Assembly: GCA_964420435.1 (NCBI GenBank)
Contig: CAYQTC010000007.1
Span: 70,018 to 134,017, forward strand
Source: an uncultured Geobacter sp.
Lineage (GTDB): Bacteria; Desulfobacterota; Desulfuromonadia; Geobacterales; Pseudopelobacteraceae
Reading direction: 5' to 3'
Length of the DNA: 64,000 bases
The position numbers and the translations under genes were made by a program. Shown one piece after another: positions 59,227 through 64,000 of the stretch (positions are counted from its first letter, which is position 1; every line of letters begins with the position of its first letter). A model generated the notes under the pieces. The model searched no databases, was not told the DNA's origin, and saw only the letters and a program-made list of their open reading frames with translations.

Positions 59227-60360
59227 TTGTACGACGGCCGCCCTACTTTTGCCGAAATAGATCTTTCGGCACTTAACTACAACTTCCAGATGATCCGTTC
59301 GTCTATTCCTAGACGTACCGAGATTCTGGCGGTAGTTAAAGCCGACGCCTACGGGCATGGTTTCATGGATATCAGCAGGGAATTGGAAAAGCTGGGGGTC
59401 AATGCCTTTGGTGTGGCCTTTCTGGCTGAAGGCATCCAGCTTCGCAAAAGCGGCATCGACAAGCCGATCCTGCTTCTCGGGGGCGTCTATCCCGGTCAGG
59501 AGCGAAAATGCGTCGGTTACAATATCTCCACAACAGTTTTCACTCTGGAGCAGGCCCTGGCATTAAACCAGGCGGCAGGAAAACTCTTTCGCAAAGCGCA
59601 GCTGCATCTCAAGGTTGATACCGGCATGGGACGTCTGGGAGTTCCTTATTCAAATGTTCCCGAGTTTCTTGGCGAACTCAGAAAACTGCCCAACGTTGCT
59701 CTGGAGGGTCTTTTCTCACATTTCGCCAGCGCCGACGAACTGGATGAATCCGGCCAGTATTTCACCCGTCTGCAGGCCGAACGTTTCAACTGGTCAGTGG
59801 CCGAGGCCCGCAAAGCGGGATTTTCTCCCCGCTACATTCACATTGCCAACAGCGCCGCATCTCTGCTGCGGGAAATTCCGGGATGCAATCTGATTCGGCC
59901 CGGAATAACTCTTTACGGCGCACTGCCGTCAGCCGACTTTCAAGGCAAGCTGGATATAAAACCGGTCATGGGTCTTAAAAGCCGGATTGCAATGCTGAAA
60001 TGGGTAGAATCCGGAACCACTATCAGCTATGCCAGACGCTTTACCGCCGAAACAAAAACCTTGATAGCAAGCGTTCCGGTTGGATACGCCGACGGTTATC
60101 CACGTTCACTCACGAATAAAGGAGAAGTCCTGATCCGTGGCCGGCGGTCAAAAGTTGCCGGAACTGTCTGCATGGACTGGATCATGCTGAATGTAACAAA
60201 CATACCGGGTGTTACGGTCGGTGACGAAGTCATATTACTGGGACCAGATAATAGCGGCAATTCCATACAGGCTGAAGAGTTGGCGAACTGGGCCGGCACG
60301 ATTCCTTACGAGATTTTCTGCGGCATCAGCAAGCGTGTTCCGAGGGTGTATTTGAAGTAA
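59227..60360 (+). CDS. alr: Alanine racemase
   Basis: [14 protein letters not shown]-lysine motif and a C-terminal beta domain. TTG start as given in the ORF track. Confidence 0.9.
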   Translation: MYDGRPTFAEIDLSALNYNFQMIRSSIPRRTEILAVVKADAYGHGFMDISRELEKLGVNAFGVAFLAEGIQLRKSGIDKPILLLGGVYPGQERKCVGYNISTTVFTLEQALALNQAAGKLFRKAQLHLKVDTGMGRLGVPYSNVPEFLGELRKLPNVALEGLFSHFASADELDESGQYFTRLQAERFNWSVAEARKAGFSPRYIHIANSAASLLREIPGCNLIRPGITLYGALPSADFQGKLDIKPVMGLKSRIAMLKWVESGTTISYARRFTAETKTLIASVPVGYADGYPRSLTNKGEVLIRGRRSKVAGTVCMDWIMLNVTNIPGVTVGDEVILLGPDNSGNSIQAEELANWAGTIPYEIFCGISKRVPRVYLK

Positions 60361-60385
60361 ATGAAAATGGGGAGCAACAGTACAA

Positions 60386-61417
60386 ATGATCAAACTTACG
60401 CAGATGGTAAAAGCAGCCGGTTGAGCCGCTAAACTGGGCCCTTCAAGCCTGGCGAAGGCCCTGGACGGGCTTTTCACATTCGACGACGCAAACCTGCTGG
60501 TAGGGCCGGAGACCTGCGATGATGCCGGGGTCTACCTGATTTCGCAGGAGTTCGCCCTGGTGGAAACAGCCGATATTATTACTCCTCTGGTTGACGATCC
60601 GTTCACTTTCGGCCGGATTGCCGCAGCCAATTCCATTTCAGATGTTTATGCCATGGGCGGCCGTCCTGTAACTGCCATGAATCTGGTGTTCTTTCCGGTC
60701 TGTGCACTGCCCGGGGAAGTGTTGCGCGAAATCCTGGCCGGCGGGCAGAGTGTTCTGCAGGAAGCGGGTGTCAGCCTGGTGGGTGGTCATACGGTTGAGG
60801 ATGACGAGCTGAAATACGGACTGTCTGTAACCGGTTTGGTGCACCCAGACCGCATCATCCGTAACTCCACGGCGCGACCGGGCGATGAGCTGATCCTGAC
60901 CAAGCCGCTCGGCAGCGGCATCATCTCCACCGCCATCAAGGGGGAGATGGCTTCACCTGAAATAATTCAGGAAGCTGTCACATGGATGACGACCCTCAAC
61001 CGGGAAGCGGCACAGTTGATGAGTGAATGTCGAACCAGTGCCGCGACCGATGTTACCGGCTTCGGCCTGATCGGCCATGCCTGCGAGATGGCACGCGGCG
61101 CAGATTTGACCTTCAGGCTGGAGGCCGAATCAATACCCCTGATGAACGGAGTCGCCGGACTTGTTGCCGACGGCATGGTTCCGGCCGGTTGTTACCGCAA
61201 TAGAGATCATTATCAACCGTTTGTAAACAGTTCTGCACTAGTCAACGAAACAACTCTTTTACCACTTTTCGATCCGCAAACATCAGGCGGCCTGATGATC
61301 TCGCTTACTCCGGAGGATGCCGTACGTTTCATGTCAGAAGCATCCGACAAAGGCATTTTCGCCCGAAGAATAGGTTCGGTAGTTCTCTCAAAATCTCATT
61401 TGATAGAGATTGTCTGA
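60386..61417 (+). CDS. selD: Selenide, water dikinase (selenophosphate synthetase), selenocysteine-containing form with in-frame UGA at 60422-60424
   Basis: Hand translation from ATG 60386 gives [26 protein letters not shown]...[12 protein letters not shown]..., which runs in frame into ORF 60560-61417. The UGA aligns with the catalytic Cys17 of E. coli SelD (LTQYSHGAGCGCKI) and the following lysine is conserved. Confidence 0.88.
60436..60461 (+). promoter_or_regulatory. Candidate bacterial SECIS hairpin for selD
   Basis: GGGCC(C)TTC-aagcctggc-GAAGGCCC forms an 8-bp stem with one bulged C and a 9-nt loop containing GG. It starts 11 nt after the UGA. Confidence 0.6.
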
Positions 61418-62660
61418 AATGTCATCTTTTGCTATCGCCATCGACCTTGGAACAACCACCCTGGCCGCCTCGCTCGTGGATTGCAGCACCGGCCGACGCA
61501 TCGCAATGATCGGCGCCATGAATCCGCAACGACTTTTCGGCGCCGATGTGGTAACCCGTCTGGATGCAGCGGTCAATTCAGAATCAGTGCAACAGGAAAT
61601 GACTTCCCTTATTCGTGAAGAACTTTTACGGATGGCACATCAACTCTATCAACAGAGCGGTATCGCATGGAGTGATATCCGTCAGGTTGCTATTGCCGGC
61701 AATCCGGCAATGCAGCATATCCTGCTGGGACTGCCGCTTAAGTCTCTGGCATATCCACCATACCGTCCGCTTTACACCGCCGGCACAAATATCAAGGCTG
61801 CCGATCTGGATTGGGACGGCAATGCCGATATATATGTTTTTCCAATGCCGGGGGGATTCGTAGGGGGGGACACGGTTGCGTTCATCTACGGCGCTATGCC
61901 GGATGATTTGACACTCTGTCTTGATATGGGCACCAACGGGGAAATTGCATTGATTTGCGGTGACAGGATATGGGCGACCTCGGCAGCCGCCGGACCGGCC
62001 TTCGAGGGTGGCAACCTTTCCTGCGGCATGGTTGCACTGCCCGGGGCTGTCAACTCGGTAAGGGTTGAAGGTGACCGTATCAGAATGCAGGTTATCGGTA
62101 ACGGACAGCCACTCGGAATTTGCGGTTCTGCGGCAATCGAAGCAATCAGTGAACTTCTTGTATGCGGAATAATAGAACCGAACGGAAGATTGCGCGACGC
62201 TGGCGAGATACAGTCGAATCTGGCATCACGGATAATTATCCATAACGGTGCCAACGCTTTTGTTCTTCACCGCGATGCGCGGCATCAGATCATGATCACT
62301 CAGGACGATATCCGTCAGGTGCAGCTTGCCAAAAGCGCCATCAGATCAGGAATTGAAGTTCTTGCGGAGAGATCGTGTATACATTGTCAGGCCTTGAATA
62401 ATGTGACTCTGACCGGTTCATTCGGAGCGGTTTTGCATGCAGACTGGCTGAAAACGATTGGAATTTTTGACGAAAGTATGATACACATCACCCGCTTTAC
62501 GCCCGAGGGGGCGCTGGCCGGCGCTGAAAGGGCTCTGACTCTGGGTGACGGCTTCAGCTCAGCAGAAAAACTCAGTCGAAGTTTCCAGGTTGTGCCTCTT
62601 TCCGGAACACCAATATTTGAAACTAAGTTTATTAATAATATCAACTTCCCGCGTTCCTGA
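61410..62660 (+). CDS. ASKHA-fold ATPase of the DUF4445 family (resembles the C-terminal module of corrinoid reductive activators; no ferredoxin domain)
   Basis: Motifs [54 protein letters not shown] and LTGSFG. The start is TTG 61410 (overlapping the selD stop) or ATG 61419. Confidence 0.75.
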   Translation: MSEMSSFAIAIDLGTTTLAASLVDCSTGRRIAMIGAMNPQRLFGADVVTRLDAAVNSESVQQEMTSLIREELLRMAHQLYQQSGIAWSDIRQVAIAGNPAMQHILLGLPLKSLAYPPYRPLYTAGTNIKAADLDWDGNADIYVFPMPGGFVGGDTVAFIYGAMPDDLTLCLDMGTNGEIALICGDRIWATSAAAGPAFEGGNLSCGMVALPGAVNSVRVEGDRIRMQVIGNGQPLGICGSAAIEAISELLVCGIIEPNGRLRDAGEIQSNLASRIIIHNGANAFVLHRDARHQIMITQDDIRQVQLAKSAIRSGIEVLAERSCIHCQALNNVTLTGSFGAVLHADWLKTIGIFDESMIHITRFTPEGALAGAERALTLGDGFSSAEKLSRSFQVVPLSGTPIFETKFINNINFPRS

Positions 62661-62713
62661 TCCGAACAACCCGACAATAGAACATTCACAGCAAAAGCAT
62701 TAAGGAGTTCATC

Positions 62714-64000
62714 ATGGCAAAGATTACCCGGGCACTGATCAGTGTATCCTACAAGCGTGGCATCATCGAGTTTTCAAAAGTTCTGGCCGGCTATGGAGTG
62801 GAAATACTTTCCACCGGCGGCACAGCCAAGCTTCTGCGCGAGGCCGGGCTTACCATCAAGGATGTCTCTGATTTCACAGGATTTCCAGAAATGCTTGATG
62901 GCCGCGTCAAAACCCTGCATCCCAAGGTGCATGGCGGTCTTCTGGGCATGCGTTCCAATCCGGAGCATGTTGCTAAAATGAAGGAACACGGCATCGAGAA
63001 CATCGATATGGTGGTGGTCAACCTGTATCCCTTTGAAGCCACTGTTGCCAAGGAAGGGTGCCAGCTGGATGATGCCATAGAAAATATTGACATCGGCGGA
63101 CCGACAATGCTTCGCTCGGCAGCCAAGAACTATCCAGACGTAACCGTTCTGGTGGACTCCTCCGACTATGCTTCAGTGCTTGACGAGATGCGTGACAATG
63201 ACGGCGCCGTTTCAGCAGAGACCAACTTCGGCCTGGCGGTCAAAGTTTTTCAGCATACTGCGGCCTATGACGGAGCCATTTCCAATTATCTGGGCTCACG
63301 CCTTACCAGGGAGATTCAGGAGTATCCGCCTACTTATACTCTTCAAGTCAAAAAGGCCCAGGATCTGCGTTACGGCGAGAACCCCCACCAGACCGCAGCC
63401 TTCTATGTGGAAAGCGGCATCACTGAACCCTGTGTCTCCAATGCACAGCAACTGCAGGGCAAGGAACTTTCATTCAACAATATAATCGACCTGGACGCCG
63501 CCATCGAGACGGTCAAAGAATTCGAACAGAGTGCTGCCGTCATCATCAAACATACCAATCCCTGCGGAGCCGCATTAGCGGATTCACCTTTGACAGCCTA
63601 TCTCAAAGCCCGCGAATGCGATCCGGTTTCGGCATTTGGCGGCATCGTTGGATTTAACCGCACAGTTGACGCCGACACGGCCAGAGAGCTGACTTCAACC
63701 TTCCTGGAAGCAGTCATTGCGCCGGGCTACACCGATGAAGCTCTGGATATCTTCACCGCAAAGAAAAATGTACGTGTTATGCAGGTGCCGCTTCTGGACA
63801 GCTATACACCAAAAGGTTATGACCTTAAGCGTGTCACCGGCGGACTGATGATACAGGGTCGGGATCTGGGCATGATCAATGCGCTTGACTGTCGCGTGGT
63901 TACGGAACGAACCCCGTCACAGTCGGAGTATGAAGCGCTAGATTTCGCCTGGCGAGTCTGCAAGCATGTCAAATCCAACGCAATAGTTTTTACCAACCGC
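62714..64000 (+). CDS. purH: Bifunctional AICAR transformylase / IMP cyclohydrolase (partial; continues beyond the window)
   Basis: Hand translation gives [41 protein letters not shown]...[22 protein letters not shown] lies upstream. The frame is open to the window end, which is why it is absent from the ORF track. Confidence 0.93.
   Translation, partial: MAKITRALISVSYKRGIIEFSKVLAGYGVEILSTGGTAKLLREAGLTIKDVSDFTGFPEMLDGRVKTLHPKVHGGLLGMRSNPEHVAKMKEHGIENIDMVVVNLYPFEATVAKEGCQLDDAIENIDIGGPTMLRSAAKNYPDVTVLVDSSDYASVLDEMRDNDGAVSAETNFGLAVKVFQHTAAYDGAISNYLGSRLTREIQEYPPTYTLQVKKAQDLRYGENPHQTAAFYVESGITEPCVSNAQQLQGKELSFNNIIDLDAAIETVKEFEQSAAVIIKHTNPCGAALADSPLTAYLKARECDPVSAFGGIVGFNRTVDADTARELTSTFLEAVIAPGYTDEALDIFTAKKNVRVMQVPLLDSYTPKGYDLKRVTGGLMIQGRDLGMINALDCRVVTERTPSQSEYEALDFAWRVCKHVKSNAIVFTNR

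Noticed and set aside
60560-61417. selD appearing as an N-terminally truncated gene or pseudogene.
   Set aside because: The missing N-terminus is present in frame upstream. The only interruption is a TGA exactly at the catalytic Cys/Sec position, followed by a hairpin. This is recoding, not decay.
1-64000. CRISPR arrays, IS elements, integrases, prophage genes and rRNA.
   Set aside because: Reading through the window, I found no regularly spaced direct repeats, no transposase- or integrase-like ORFs and no rRNA-like sequence.

Overview
This 64-kb window is chromosomal DNA from a Gram-negative bacterium. The gene content looks like a Geobacter/Desulfuromonas-type anaerobe, but that is inference only and I cannot verify it. 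Most of the window is housekeeping. It includes a MoxR-DUF58-transglutaminase triad, a Cache-sensor kinase with an NtrC-type regulator, apgM, pyrG and kdsB. It also includes dCMP deaminase-nrdR-ribD-ribE-ribBA-queH, ackA, truD, trmL, serA, lgt, ferritin and a purine permease. A long operon runs TPR-UbiD-ABC exporter-ccoG-ccoI-ccoS, followed by eutBC, ptsP, alr, selD and purH. The accessory hot spot is a divergent tRNA-Ala(GGC)/tRNA-His(GUG) pair at 47.28-47.59 kb. Immediately past the 3' end of tRNA-His lies the main finding, a tightly coupled four-gene minus-strand operon at 47648-54288. It encodes a DUF3375-like kleisin candidate, a DUF4194-like small subunit, a 1127-aa SMC/ABC-type coiled-coil ATPase and a DUF2220/Toprim-type nuclease candidate. 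This is the architecture of a Wadjet (JetABCD, also called MksBEFG or EptABCD) condensin-like anti-plasmid defence system, type I layout. Past the 3' end of tRNA-Ala lies an AT-rich segment with a stand-alone PilZ gene and two orphan small ORFs. Other notable items are a selenocysteine-recoded selD with a candidate SECIS hairpin, a TatD-radical SAM fusion, and two genes under 60 aa that are absent from the ORF track (ccoS and a 2x[4Fe-4S] ferredoxin). No CRISPR array, transposase, integrase or rRNA was seen. All family assignments come from reading motifs by eye; no HMM or BLAST search could be run.
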